A stretch of 62,353 nucleotides of DNA, the filler included, from Choristocarpus tenellus KU-1152 (Eukaryota > Protista > Phaeophyceae): NCBI GenBank assembly GCA_964200185.2. It is 11 parts of 11 records of this genome, joined end to end, with 100 filler letters (N's around TTAATTAATTAA, not from the genome) between each part and the next. Parts side by side here need not be neighbours in the genome. Positions count along the whole stretch, not along the records: positions 8,770 to 13,777 come from CAXNAD020012185.1; positions 13,878 to 17,026 come from CAXNAD020021964.1; positions 17,127 to 27,903 come from CAXNAD020002715.1; 8 more parts are not named here. One strand, 5' to 3'. Numbering within the stretch: position 1 is the first letter of the stretch; the number at the start of each line of letters is the position of its first letter. The position numbers and the translations under genes were made by a program. Shown one piece after another: positions 12,889 to 25,099 of the stretch. The notes beneath the pieces were generated by a model. It saw nothing but the letters and a program-made list of their open reading frames with translations, was not told the origin of the DNA and searched no databases.

Positions 12889-15494
12889 AAAAGTTTCCAT
12901 ACTTCATTGAATTTTATGCTGAAGGTAATATATATATTTTCAAGTATATATATATGTGTGTTGTGAATTTTATTTGTGTTTCAGTCAATGATTGGTGGTT
13001 GTGTTGTTACATATATATATATATATATTTTGATATATATGTCACATGGATGTCTGTCTATTTGGCCATATCAACTTTTGATAAGTTGATTTTTTTTTTG
13101 TACATGTGCACCCATGTATGAACAGAGGAGACCCGAGTTCATTTTTTTTTCCAAATGACTCTTGCACAATTGAAATGTTTTATTTTCATTTCTTTTCTTT
13201 TGTTTTTCAGGAGGACTACTGTTTTGCTCAACAGTTATTTCAGTGATGTGTATGGCCAACTCCATCCCCGTGTTTATCTACGGTTTCAAATTGACTTTTT
13301 ATTTGTTCAATTTTTCTTTCTTTCTTTCTTTTCCATTTTGTTTCGAATTGATTTGAACATCCATGTGATAAGCTGTTGACTTTTATATACACAAGTATAT
13401 ACTGATTGGTGCTGCAGCTATACAGCTGTAATTTGATCACGATTTCTGCGCTCCCATTGGGAGTCTACCATTTTCTTATTTCCTCATTTGAGATGATGGT
13501 CCATGCTTTTACATCTGTATCTCCTTGCCGGAGTTAACAGAATTTCATGATAAGACTAGCTAGCCCTTGCCTTTGCCCTTTTTCTTGTTGAAGATTTGAC
13601 CAGACGTGGTCGTATCTGATACAGCGAAATCGTGATCGTTTCATGTGCCTAGATATAACAGGGTATTCCCAAAATTGAGGATGGAGGATACTATGGAGGA
13701 TGGGTTTGACCCAAGAATTGACCGGGAAAAAAGTGTCGATATGTTTTTTTTTGTAAATGTTGCGGCACTTTTTAAGGNNNNNNNNNNNNNNNNNNNNNNN
13801 NNNNNNNNNNNNNNNNNNNNNTTAATTAATTAANNNNNNNNNNNNNNNNNNNNNNNNNNNNNNNNNNNNNNNNNNNNGGGGGTAAGAGGTGCTTGTGAGC
13901 CATTTTCTGCAGGTAGTAATACAATCAACAGTAAGGACCTTCAAACACCAAACAGTAACTTGAAGTATCACATTTTATTTTTTCCCACTCTTGTTACTGA
14001 CAAAACATTGGGGGAGTGACGCAAAAATCTATCTATATTAACCAATACTATCAATTTAAATATCACACCATTATATCACAAATATGCCCCTCTGGAACGG
14101 GGCTGGACCCCCAAGGGCTTGTGTGTTTACAACAGAGAGATAGGTTAACTCTTCACACTCAAGGAAGTTACTTTATTATTATTATTATTAATTTTATGAA
14201 GTCAAGGTGTGCTGCTGAAAACTGACCCACAAACAAACTGTACTACTCTAAATATAACACAATAGCAATATACTAGGACTTCATAACCAACACTGTCAGC
14301 CTACGAGTGGTTCTTTATTGTATTTTTTTATTCTTTTACATACAATACAACTCTGTTTCGTGTTCATCTTATCATCCAATAGCAGTCCTCTGCTGCTGTG
14401 TTTTATTCTTTACATAAATGTAATAGTGTTTATTTCCTTCTACACACTCTATTGCCACTCTGCTTGGCTATCCTATTTTTATTTTGTTCCTTTCATATTA
14501 TTATTTTGTTTTATTTTTCTGACGACAATACACGCAACATACACAGTACAGTGAGCAAATAATAAAAATAAAATATTTTTAGTAGGACTCAAACTTTAAA
14601 ACCAACTCACAACGAAAAATATCAGAGAGTTGGTACACAGACAAGGTACACAGACAAGGTATCAATTGTTTTCAAAGGACAGGTACGTGAAAGTTGTCAA
14701 AAGAAGGTGCATAGAACCGGTACTGGTCATACATTTTTTTTTTTTAATTTTCACAATATAATTTGAAAAAAAAACAACGCTGTGTGAGCGCAAGAGTGAG
14801 AGCCTAGGCTATGCTCAGGGTGAGAGGGGGTACTTAGGGATAGGGTTTAGGGTTAGCAGGGTGAAAGAAGGATGGTTGGGGTTAGGGATAGGTCGCATAG
14901 AGATGTCCATGGTGTATAAAGAGGACTCAAACTTTAAAAAAAAAAAGAGGGGAAAAAAAATCCAGTTCTATAGAGCTGGTAGGATTGTAAGGGCAAGAAT
15001 TGAATTTTATACAGTGCCTAAGTGAGAGGGATCCAAAGAGCCAGTGCCAGTGCTGGTAGAGTTCAGAAAGACAGACAGATAGATAGATAGGAATTACTTT
15101 TTTTGTATGGCACACACACGTGAGAGGAGTCTGAGAGATTGCAATGACCCCTGTTCAGCAGCAATAATGATGTCATCACCATCACATGTTGGATACTTGA
15201 TTGAAGTCCATGGAGGACAGGAGGAACAAATTACGGAGGCTGGGGAAGGAGGCTTGGGGAAAACCAGAGCCTTTTGTTTGATCAGGGTGTATTGTGTGTA
15301 AGTAAATTGTATATACATAAAAAGTGCAGAATTAGAATGAGGGTTAGAACTAACAAAACAATAACCCTACCACCGCACATAGTGGCCTGGGCGGGGACGG
15401 GGGTGGATGTCGGGATTTCCACACAATAAGGAAGGCATCTATTGCGATGCTGTCCTTGGAACTGCACTATATTAATATGTTGAAAAACACCTAC

Positions 15495-16918
15495 CTCAAT
15501 GCAGCGTCCATAACCCCTGCCATGACCAGCGAGATTTCATTGAGAAGACTCATGGCATCCTCTGCATGACTGCATTCCTCCTTCATAAACTTGGTCAAGG
15601 GCATACCTGCTTCATCACTATCCATAGAAATAATAATAATAATAATAAATATCAATAATAATAACAGGGTGGGGGTTGGGGGGGGGAGGGGGGAAAAAAC
15701 TTCTTTCTCAAGCATGCTAGAGTATGGTTGAGGGATGAGTTGTGTACGTGTATATTAGGTGAATGTAATTGAATAAAATTTATGTGTACCATCTGCCATG
15801 GCAAAGTGGTGGTATGCTATTTGGAAACTCCCACTTCAGCCCCACAAAGTTTTTCATCATCTATCTCATTTCAATTATATTGATGTTTCAGCTGTAAGTC
15901 TTAGCAATACCTGGAGTTGGTGGTGTTCGAATTTTCGACGTAAGGAGGCGTTTGATATATCCCAAATTCGGGTGAGTTATCTCACTTGATACTATTGATG
16001 ATGAATGGCTTCAACCATAGAAAAAGAAAATGCATAACCCACAATTGCCAGAGGTAGTACCATTTAATAGTGCTATTACTTCAGGTATATTACCATTTAA
16101 TAGTATTTACACTTCAAATACATTACTATTAGTTAATTACTAATACTTTGAAGTACAAGAAAAGCATTGTCTGACACTTTCACCAAAATAACAATACATC
16201 TAGGTCAACACCCTTTGTAGCACTCAATAGAGTACACCAGCAAATACCATATAATCAAATGAACTATACACTATTCTACTCTTACATTTGACAAACATAT
16301 CTTACGCACCACATAGTACATACTACTAACAATAACAATACATACTACCAATAATACCAATACATACTAACAGTAATATCAATACCTATCAATACCTAAC
16401 CTACTCTTCTAAAAAGGACACTGCTACAATACCAACAGAATCATCAACCATGTATTCCCTTCATGCAAGGTATACCTCAGGACAAAGGCGACTTTCACAG
16501 CACTAGCCTACAGCTATAAAATAATACCACCACAAATAAATAATACACATCTTTCCTTCCACACATGCTTACCACCTGGAATTTTCCTCACACTCAGAAT
16601 CATATAAAAATCACACATATAATGGTGAAATTTCGGATGCAGCTGCAAGCCACAGTTCAACTCCACACAAACACACACAACACACAGACACATATACATA
16701 CACACCTAACCAGGACTTCAAATACATCCAGCACACCCGAAACGTGACTATAGTATCGATCCCTGTGGTGTTGATCGCTGCTCCCTCCATGTCCTTCCTC
16801 TTCCATCCCACTCTCTTTGTTGTGGTTATTATCACGGCGATCCAGTGATAGCCTGATACAATCCTCCACAAGCAGGGCTGTCTTGGCACCCAAGGATGTC
16901 TTTGAAAGGGTGTCCTAT
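15495..16918 (-). CDS. Candidate exons of an unknown gene (~16748-16918; ~15495-15620 MPLTKFMKEECSHAEDAMSLLNEISLVMAGVMDAALR)
   Basis: Protein-like GC-richer open frames within AT-rich DNA; GTAGG donor at 15494; other boundaries uncertain. Confidence 0.3.
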
Positions 16919-17126
16919 CCCATCAAAAGCAAGACAAAAAACACACCAGGCAAGGTAGGGGGGGGGGGAGGGAGGGGTGCGTGTACATAACATAAATAGA
17001 TGGCATCAATTCGTTTTTTTTTTTTANNNNNNNNNNNNNNNNNNNNNNNNNNNNNNNNNNNNNNNNNNNNTTAATTAATTAANNNNNNNNNNNNNNNNNN
17101 NNNNNNNNNNNNNNNNNNNNNNNNNN

Positions 17127-17146
17127 CCCCCCAGATACTTCGAGCC
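17127..17146 (-). mobile_element. Terminal TIR of MITE family B truncated by the contig end
   Basis: CCCCCCAGATACTTCGAGCC matches the family-B end CCCCCCAGATACTTTGAGCC (23155-23174). Confidence 0.6.
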
Positions 17147-17490
17147 TCAATCCATATATACATATAGCTACTGTTGAAGGCACATGTGAAGCACGTATAG
17201 AAAAGGCGTCGTTCTGTAATCATCCAGCTACAATTATGAAGTGCCTACAACACTGTTGCTCGATAAAACATAGTTTTTTCTTACCACGATCATCCCTCGG
17301 TTTTAGAGAAAAGCGCTCATATATACAATAAGAGAGGATCGGGATATAAGAGAGGGGTTTTCACTTGTTTCTACCCTCTCTTATATAGGGACACCGATTG
17401 TACACACACCTCGAGGAAAGGAAATAAGAATAAAAATATAACGGAACAAGGAAAAGAAACAAGAAGGAATAAAGATCAGAAAGGATGAGT

Positions 17491-17620
17491 AAAAGGTGTG
17501 TCAGGAACTAGAATATTGACACTTCCTAACAAACACGATAGCCAAAAATACATACAAATCGCAAGATTTGGTTTTGGTCCCCAAATGGACGAGGCTCTAC
17601 CCTCTAAGATACTTTGACTC
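17491..17620 (-). mobile_element. Truncated half copy of MITE family A
   Basis: Reverse complement of the first ~130 nt of family A, ending CCCTCTAAGATACTTTGACTC. Confidence 0.85.
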
Positions 17621-18785
17621 TGTACTACAACACTAGAGCAAATTTCTTTTTTGATTTTGACCGGACTTGCGGGACTGGTGATATTAGTGCTTTCACTGCA
17701 TAGTCTGAGGACTATCTCAATATGTGGGGGGAGGCACTACTTCTTACAATACTCCCCAAAATTTGTAACATCATTTTTTGCACTATGAGAACACTTGTAC
17801 TGCCTACGGTTTGGTCTCATATCCTCGATTTCCAATCCAAGCGTGTGCAATATGGAGGGTCTCTATGAATGTGTTTCTCCTCTTCATACAAGTTGACATG
17901 CCTTCTTCTCTACTTGCCCCATAAAACAAGGAACTCTTATCTTTCACGTTTCTCTCAGCGTTGTTGGCAACCAGAACGTAGTGTTGTAATCGCAAAACTG
18001 TCGAATGGAGACCTGTCTCTGCCATTCACACGTGCCTTCAAGACACGGGATTTTAGGAACTTCAAAAAGAGTCGATGTAGTTAAGTCTTGACTCCGTATC
18101 TGTGTAGGTAGCTTCATTGTCATGCCCTAAGCGAAAGGAGAGGGAGTCGGTCGAAAATGCGGAGGTTCTACTGTAGAATCATTCTGACAGAAATTCAAGA
18201 TTCAGTTACTACGTGAAAATATAGAAATAGATAGGACGGGAGGGCAGATATATATATATATTTTCAACAGACAGGAGGAAATGGAGATAGTGGTACGACG
18301 ATATCCACTAGTTTCATCTGACAACAACTTCATTGCAGTAGGTGGAGCATAGTAGTCGATGATATTTTGTAGAGGTGTCAGGGGCGGGATAAGACACGTC
18401 TCACAAAATTTTAAGTCTATAAAAACAGTGTAATAATGGTTGTTTCCAACATGACTTGATTAAATCTATACATATTACCGAGAACAAGGCGTCCTTGTGC
18501 GATTGTTCCCTGCAATCATCCAAAATTCAGGTATTAAAATAAAATTTAGGAAAAGGGTAGTGTCGTCGTCGTCCCATAAATTGCACAAGGCCAAGCTATG
18601 GTTGCCATCTCTTGCAAATCAACCACCAAACCTATCTGACAAATATACTCGTGCATGTTACATTATGACCTCCTCACTTAATGTTAACTAAAGAGATAAC
18701 AGGAAGGGAGTCAGGTATGGCAACACAGACGGGAAAAAGGGAATGGAAGTGATATGAAAGTTGTATGTCCACCACGGCTAGGTTT

Positions 18786-19043
18786 GAGCCAAAGTATCTC
18801 GGAGGGTAGATGCGTGTCCATGTTGGGGCCAATATCCAATGCTGGATTTTGATGTAATTTTGGCTATTGTGTTTGTTAGGAAGTGTCAATATCCTTGTTC
18901 CGGACACAACTTTTCATAACATATACATTCTATCTACTCCAAAACATCTCGGAGCAGGAAAAATGTCATAAAAACCATGTGGGAAGCTAAGCCCCAAATG
19001 GACAAGCAAGGCAAAACTCATACCCTCTAAGATACTCTCACTC
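18786..19043 (+). mobile_element. 258-bp MITE family A copy
   Basis: Same TIRs and internal sequence as 11437-11694; flanks GTTT/TTTT (3 of 4 match as a TSD). Confidence 0.9.
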
Positions 19044-19770
19044 TTTTGTTCTGGTTTTCCTCCAACACATACCTTCAAAATGTCAGAGGGCAAGACATCA
19101 CATATATCCGTTCCATCCACAATATATTCTCCGAACATAAAGTTTCAACTGAAGAGGTAGCGTTTTGGTGTGTACTTGATATCTACACTGTTGTCTCCCC
19201 CATCAACTACGTGATATTGGGTGTTGTTGCTGGAAGAGATGGTTGAACCCTTCTGTTTTTTCTTCTTTGAGAGAAAACAGAAAATCATCCCCATAAAAAG
19301 CTTGGCCTCTCAAGTAAAGTAGAGTCGCATGGGTGAATAGGAATGACGAGGGGGTGCCTTACTGGATGGTTCCCTGAACTTTGGATATATTATACTATTA
19401 CTTTAATGTTCACTGGGGTCCACCCCTGTGTTGCATCCAAACCTGCCATATTTTTCGCAGAGAAATTTATGACTACTTTCACTTCATAAATTTTCCATAG
19501 AATGAATGCACACTCAGTTGTTGGGCACCCAAGAAGGCATCAAAGTGGAAATATTATCCAAAGTACGATCTGTATAGTAGTATGCTTCTTCTGGTGTAGG
19601 CTAGGGCTTGTTGTGCACTACCATATCTCACATTTCCTGGACCAAAGATTATTATCACAACCCTCCCACTTCCCAATACCTTGTTTGAAGGCACTGTGTG
19701 TGGTCTGTATTCTAAACTGCAGTAACAAGTAAGAAAGAAGCCAAGGCCATCTTCAACAACCCCTTCACAG

Positions 19771-21340
19771 GTCGAAACTTACCTGCATTTGAGACGTCTG
19801 TATACCTGTTCTTTCTTCATCGCAAACCCCTTGTACCTCGGATATGTGTACCGACCTTCGTCCAAATGTCTTTCCCAAAACCAACAGGTGGCCTTCGAAC
19901 AACAGGTGGACACTCAGTTGAACGTTCCACTGGTTAGTATGGATCAAGCCCGTCTCGTCTTCAAGGTCACCATTGCTGACCTGCACTTATGGCTGTTAGA
20001 AAAGAGTTTGACAGAGATGGCGAGTACGCCTCCAAGGATCGACGAGTCAATGCAGATGCTGACAAAAGTTGCTGAATTAGGAGGAGAACTGGCAGACTCT
20101 GGTCATGAGATGGGAAGGTTCTATGAGCGACTGGACATAGCTCGTAAGAGAGTGAACTCGGCTGCTGCGCTACGAGCATCCAACACTGCCAATGAATTCA
20201 ATCTGCCCAACCTGGCCAGCAATTTATCTCCATGTTTCCACAAAACCACCGGCTTCTTCAGATTTCTATTACGCCAGTCCCTGTCGCTGGTGATGCGAAT
20301 GTTGGACTTGAAATCGCGCGGCAAAGGTCACAGAAAAAACTGTCCTGGCTGCCCCAACTTGAGGACAACGAGATAGATCAAATGGTGCCAAAGCGAGTGA
20401 GCAATGTTATTTCATGGCTAAAGCACCAGAGACTGCAGAGAAGAGGAAATGAAATTCAGTCTCAACTGGTGCTATCCGGGGTAGAGAACTTACTCTTCGG
20501 CATTGTTACATCCATAGATGAGGCGGTGAAAGGGTGGGACACGAATGATGTGAAAAATCTGGTTGAACTTGTGGACCTGTACCAAGGTGTACTACACTCC
20601 TTCCTTGGAACAACCGCTTCAAAGTCACACATAAGGGTAGAATTGCGGAGTAGAGAGACACTTGTGGTGTGGGTTGCATACTGCCTGATATTTGCTACTT
20701 CCCAGGAGTCTTTCAATGTTCTCAAGCATTACGGAGTGGGGTTGAGGTGGAAGGACCTGAGGCATCTTGTGCTGAACAAAAGGCCGCTGTGGATGCAGCC
20801 CTGGCTGTGAGTGCATACCCTCCGTGAGCATTAGAAAGAAGATCGTGGTGTTTTTAATCTTCATGATGATGGCCGAGCAACCTTTCACATGGCAGAAGGA
20901 TATGCTCACAGTGATTCAAAGATGTGTGACATCTGGGAAGGTGAGAAAAGGGCAGCACAGGAGCGCAAGGATGCCCACTGGGTGGAGGTACTGCGTAAAC
21001 AAGAACTTGCAAGGAAACTTCGCCAAAACGTTAGTAAACGTACGTCTGAGGTCGGGGACATTAAGGTACAACTGGAAGCCTCCAAGGAAGAGCAGGAGAC
21101 AGTGCCTGGGGATGGTAAAGCTTATGGCAAAGAGTGCTGCCGAAACAAGGTTTTAGGGCGCAGTGTTTCACAAATTACATCTGCAATTGCTGGAGGTTTG
21201 AGCAGGTGCGAACGGTGGAAAATGATCTTTCGAGGACAACTTTCAACCTGCGAAATGAGGAACGACTTGTTGCCGAGGCGGAAGAATCGACAGAACCTGT
21301 CCTTCAACCCCTTCCAGCACAAGAGGATAAGGCCCTACAG
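19771..21340 (+). pseudogene. Large frameshifted exon resembling the N-terminal region of DUF3638/DUF3645-type giant proteins
   Basis: CACAG acceptor at 19770 and CAG|GTATGG donor at 21340. Overlapping ORFs in shifting frames give VELRSRETLVVWVAYCL...YGVGLRWKDLRHLVL...AVDAALAV...HWVEVLRKQ...PVLQPLP, motifs I recall from algal/oomycete DUF3638-family proteins. About 4 frameshifts (~20230, ~20783, ~20815-20855, ~21120-21210). Confidence 0.6.
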
Positions 21341-21567
21341 GTATGGTTATTAAATTTGGACACCAGGGCCTCGTCCAGGGTTTTTCGTTGGCCCTGATCC
21401 ATCTTGATAGAGGTGTGTTTTATATAGATAATGGGTGAACAATGAGATGGCTAATAATACTGTTCTTGTTAATCACATGACTGTTGAAATATGAATTCGA
21501 ATAAATTGTGCTTTCTTGTGCAGTGACTAGTTTGTGACGAAGAGGTATCATAGTGCAATAAAGGATG

Positions 21568-21745
21568 GGCTCAAAGTATCTGGGGGGGGGTGGCGGCTGT
21601 CCATTTGGGGTCAATTTTTCATGTCGCGATTTTGGGATGATTTGGTTGCATACGTCGGATGAAAAATGTAAATGCACTTTTACTTATTTTGGTCCAAATG
21701 GACACCCTGGCGTAGACCCCTCCCCCCCCCAGATACTTTGGGTCT
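21568..21745 (+). mobile_element. 178-bp MITE family B copy
   Basis: TIRs GGCTCAAAGTATCTG(G)n / (C)nCAGATACTTTGGGTC; subterminal TCCATTTGGGG/CCAAATGGA shared with family A; no intact TSD. Confidence 0.85.
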
Positions 21746-22996
21746 TGTTCTGGTGTACCTCACGACATCTTTTGCTCAACCAGGTGGGATGTTTTAACTC
21801 TGAATATATTGTATCCAGGTGTGTATCAGGTACACTGACCGCAGAGTGAGCTGGATGTCTGATTAGGACCAATACCAGCCAAGAAAACAAACACGTGATA
21901 CACAAGTGATAACTTCTGATGTGAAGAAGAAGAAAGGAAAAAACAAAGAAGAAACAAGGAGACAAACTTAATCAATATCTGATGGAACTCATGTGACACA
22001 TATTATGCCTGCGTAGGTGTGATAGGTAGGGAGTGTTCTTAAGGCTCCTATGTACTGTGATATTTCTAAAATTAATCGATATTTGATGTTGACCTAATGA
22101 TGGAAGTAGAAATAACGACCAGTACAAGAGACAAATCAAGCTTCAGTATGAAATTGTGTCAAAGGCTAAACACACCACCAGGATAAACAACATAACATTA
22201 GTAAAGACCCCGCCGAAGCTGGTCAGTGATTAGAGGGATGGCAACCCTCGGGCGAAACCTCATCAAGTCTAACAGCTTGCGATCCCCGAGATTAGCTTTT
22301 GTTGAAACATTAGTGAACCCCTGAGCTACCGAGCAGAGAGTAAGACTATCTGCAGGGTGGCAATGCTGAAAACTATCAATCGATATCAAGCCATCAAGCT
22401 GGAAGAAGTAAGTATTCACTTGTGTATGTTACATTAAATATTTACTCTCGCAAATGAGTGCACATCATCTGGGTGCCCATGTGTCTACATAGATCAAAGG
22501 AAATATGTGCATAACGTAAGGAAGCTTGCTGTAAAATGTTGTGCGTGTATGCATGTCTGTGTACTTGTGCTTGTGCTCAAGAATCTTTCCGTGCATTGAT
22601 GCAGACAGGTGCAATCTAGCTTGTATAATCTCTGGGTTCAACTTGATCCTTTCAATATCTACAATTTGAAGAGTACTATTGCCTCATCACTCACCCGAAG
22701 TTACAACTACAAGAAGGAACGAGGATGTTGCTAATGTGTAGTGCAATCGAGTCAAACCCATCCCTCTGCGTATTATGGTTGCAAAGCAAGACAAACGGAA
22801 AAAAAAAAGATAAGTCATTCTTTTATTCTCTTTGTGAATTGATCGTATGACTTGGATGATTGACTCCAACTGAGGAAAATGTACCTATGTTAGTTCGTCC
22901 TTTTCGAAAATCACCAGTAAACTTGTCTTATTCACCTTTGGTAGCCACCATACACCGAGATTACAACGGAGTGTCATTACCACCAAGGAGAATTGT

Positions 22997-23174
22997 GACC
23001 CAATGTTTCTGAGGGTGGGGGGGGTCTACACCAGGATGTCCATTTGGCCCCAAATCAGGAAAAGTGTATTTGCATTATCTATCCGGTGTGTGCAACCAAA
23101 TCACCCTAAAATCGCGACATGAAAAAATTGCCACCAAATGGACAGCTGCCACCCCCCCCCAGATACTTTGAGCC
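22997..23174 (-). mobile_element. 178-bp MITE family B copy, TSD TTGT
   Basis: Reverse complement of 21568-21745, same length; TTGT at 22993-22996 and 23175-23178. Confidence 0.87.
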
Positions 23175-23697
23175 TTGTGCTGTATTGCTGTATGATGGGA
23201 AGGACACATCATTTGAGCTTAGATTGGGTAGGTCTGACAGACAGACCTAGTGCATTGAGCAGGTTCTTGCACAGTTGGTTTCAATGTGGATACTGGAGCC
23301 AAGGCACAACTGGTGATACAACTTGCAAGCACAAAAATAGGAAAATTACCTTTGACTGCTTTTGGGAAACGGAAGTAGTTGACATCAGTTGCATTGCTAG
23401 TCCTTGGCAAGCAAACAATGTCAGGACATCACCCAGGCAAAAAAGAAATGGTTATAAAAAAACGTAGACAGTTATACTTCAAGTATTTGGTACTTCAAAC
23501 GAAGTATGTGCATGTGTGATATGTGTTCATGCGGTTAATACTCTCTAGCAGAGAACATGCCCACGGAACCGGCCAGTAGAGTGAGAAATTTGAGGGTTAT
23601 ATTTGGACCCGTGGGGTTTGCTTCTACATGCGATGACATGCTTTCCTTTTCACATTCAGTTAGTCACTCCCTCGCATCACTCTCATTTACACCACAG

Positions 23698-23919
23698 GCA
23701 CAAAGCTCGACAGAGAAGGTGGAACCGGTCCTTATGGGAAACAGCGACACAGCTGGAATCGACTCTCGTGTAACTGCTGCCACCGCTCTTCATAAGACTA
23801 TCGTTGAAATTTGGGATTCGGCTAGGGATGTTATTTCAACCAAAGCCAAGGAAGGGTTGGGAGAGGGGGAAGATGTTGTGGATGGCGAGGAGCAGGAGAT
23901 CTTGCACAAGGCCCGCATG
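23698..23919 (+). CDS. Candidate exon of an unknown protein (AQSSTEKVEPVLMGNSD...EQEILHKAR); a further candidate exon at ~25572-25701
   Basis: CCACAG acceptor, GTGAG donor and a protein-like open frame; the second candidate follows a pyrimidine tract plus TAG. Confidence 0.4.
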
Positions 23920-24383
23920 TGAGAGTAAAGTCTGTTAGGATAGTGGTATTCTTAGTATTGACAGTGCCATTACTAAGAAGTAGTAACCAAGAGAGGGGTG
24001 CATCTTTTTATTGTTTTGAGTTTCAAGAAGATGAAGACATTTGACAATAAAGGGACATCGCTAACAGACATTTTTTATCTGCCTACTGAACATACTCACT
24101 AAAAAAGACCAAACAAGAGAGCTCTATAGCAGTGGATTGTATTTCCCAAAAGCTTTGGAAACCATGAAGTTGGAGGGGCCTGTAAAAATCAACGGCACAC
24201 TCCCCTCTTGGCAACTTTGACCCACGTATTGAATGGGTAGGGGATGTTGAGAGTTAGGGATATCTTTTTGGTTCGATGAGGTGTGTAGGTCATCTCAATG
24301 GCTTGTGCAGATATTGCAGCTCATAAAATGTTGCCTGCCTCTGACGAAGGTTTCCATTCCTCTTTTTCTTCTTCTCTTACCTA

Positions 24384-24642
24384 GAGTGAAAGTATCTTAG
24401 AGGGTACAAGTTTAGCTCTGTTTTGTCCATTTGGGGCTCGGCGTCCCATGGGGTTTTTGTATGACACTTTCCTACTTCAAAGTGTTTCGGAGTAGGTAAA
24501 ATGTATAAGTTATGAAAAGGTATGTCCAGAACAAGGATATGGACACTTCCTAACAAATAAGATAGCCAAAATACATCAAAATTTCAACCTTGGATTTTGC
24601 CCCCAAATGGACACAGCCTTACCCTCTAAGGTTCTTTGGCTC
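24384..24642 (-). mobile_element. MITE family A copy (259 bp, reverse orientation)
   Basis: Begins GAGTGAAAGTATCTTAGAGGGTAC and ends CCCTCTAAGGTTCTTTGGCTC; internal sequence matches family A; TSD not preserved. Confidence 0.88.
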
Positions 24643-24841
24643 CGATGTTCGTGGCATGACTTGTCATAAAATGACTGGACGTGCTGATGATGTTCAGGGA
24701 AAGATTGAGTATGTCATAATGATGCGAGTTTGAGTGTACAGGAAAGAAAACATAAAGTAAGCATAAACAGTTATCAATGGAACATTAATGGGGGTATGGT
24801 TCAGTTTTAAGGAGCATGTGGGATTTTGATGATTGGGTTGA

Positions 24842-25099
24842 GAGCCAAAATATACTCTAGAGGGGGGGGCGTTGAGTAAAAGGAGCATCTATGAACACTT
24901 TCTTGTACATGTGCATTGGCAGAATTTTGCACTTGTGTACATGAACATTCATCTCCTCTTCAAGTATACAGTCACAGCCTTCTGGTGGGGGTTAGCTTCA
25001 TTTCGGGCATGGGGATGGGGTTGTCGGGCAACAGCTTTTATATGCCCCATATATGCTCAAAAGGGTCTAAATCGACCCGCCTCTTGGATACTATGGCTC
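24842..25099. mobile_element. Putative MITE family C with related TIRs
   Basis: Ends GAGCCAAAATATACTCTAGAGGGGGG / CCCGCCTCTTGGATACTATGGCTC are imperfect inverted repeats resembling the family A TIR; internal sequence differs; single copy in window. Confidence 0.55.

Noticed and set aside
12889-13777. 3' LTR of the Gypsy element
   Set aside because: No second LTR copy is available and I could not identify a convincing PPT or TG...CA boundary.
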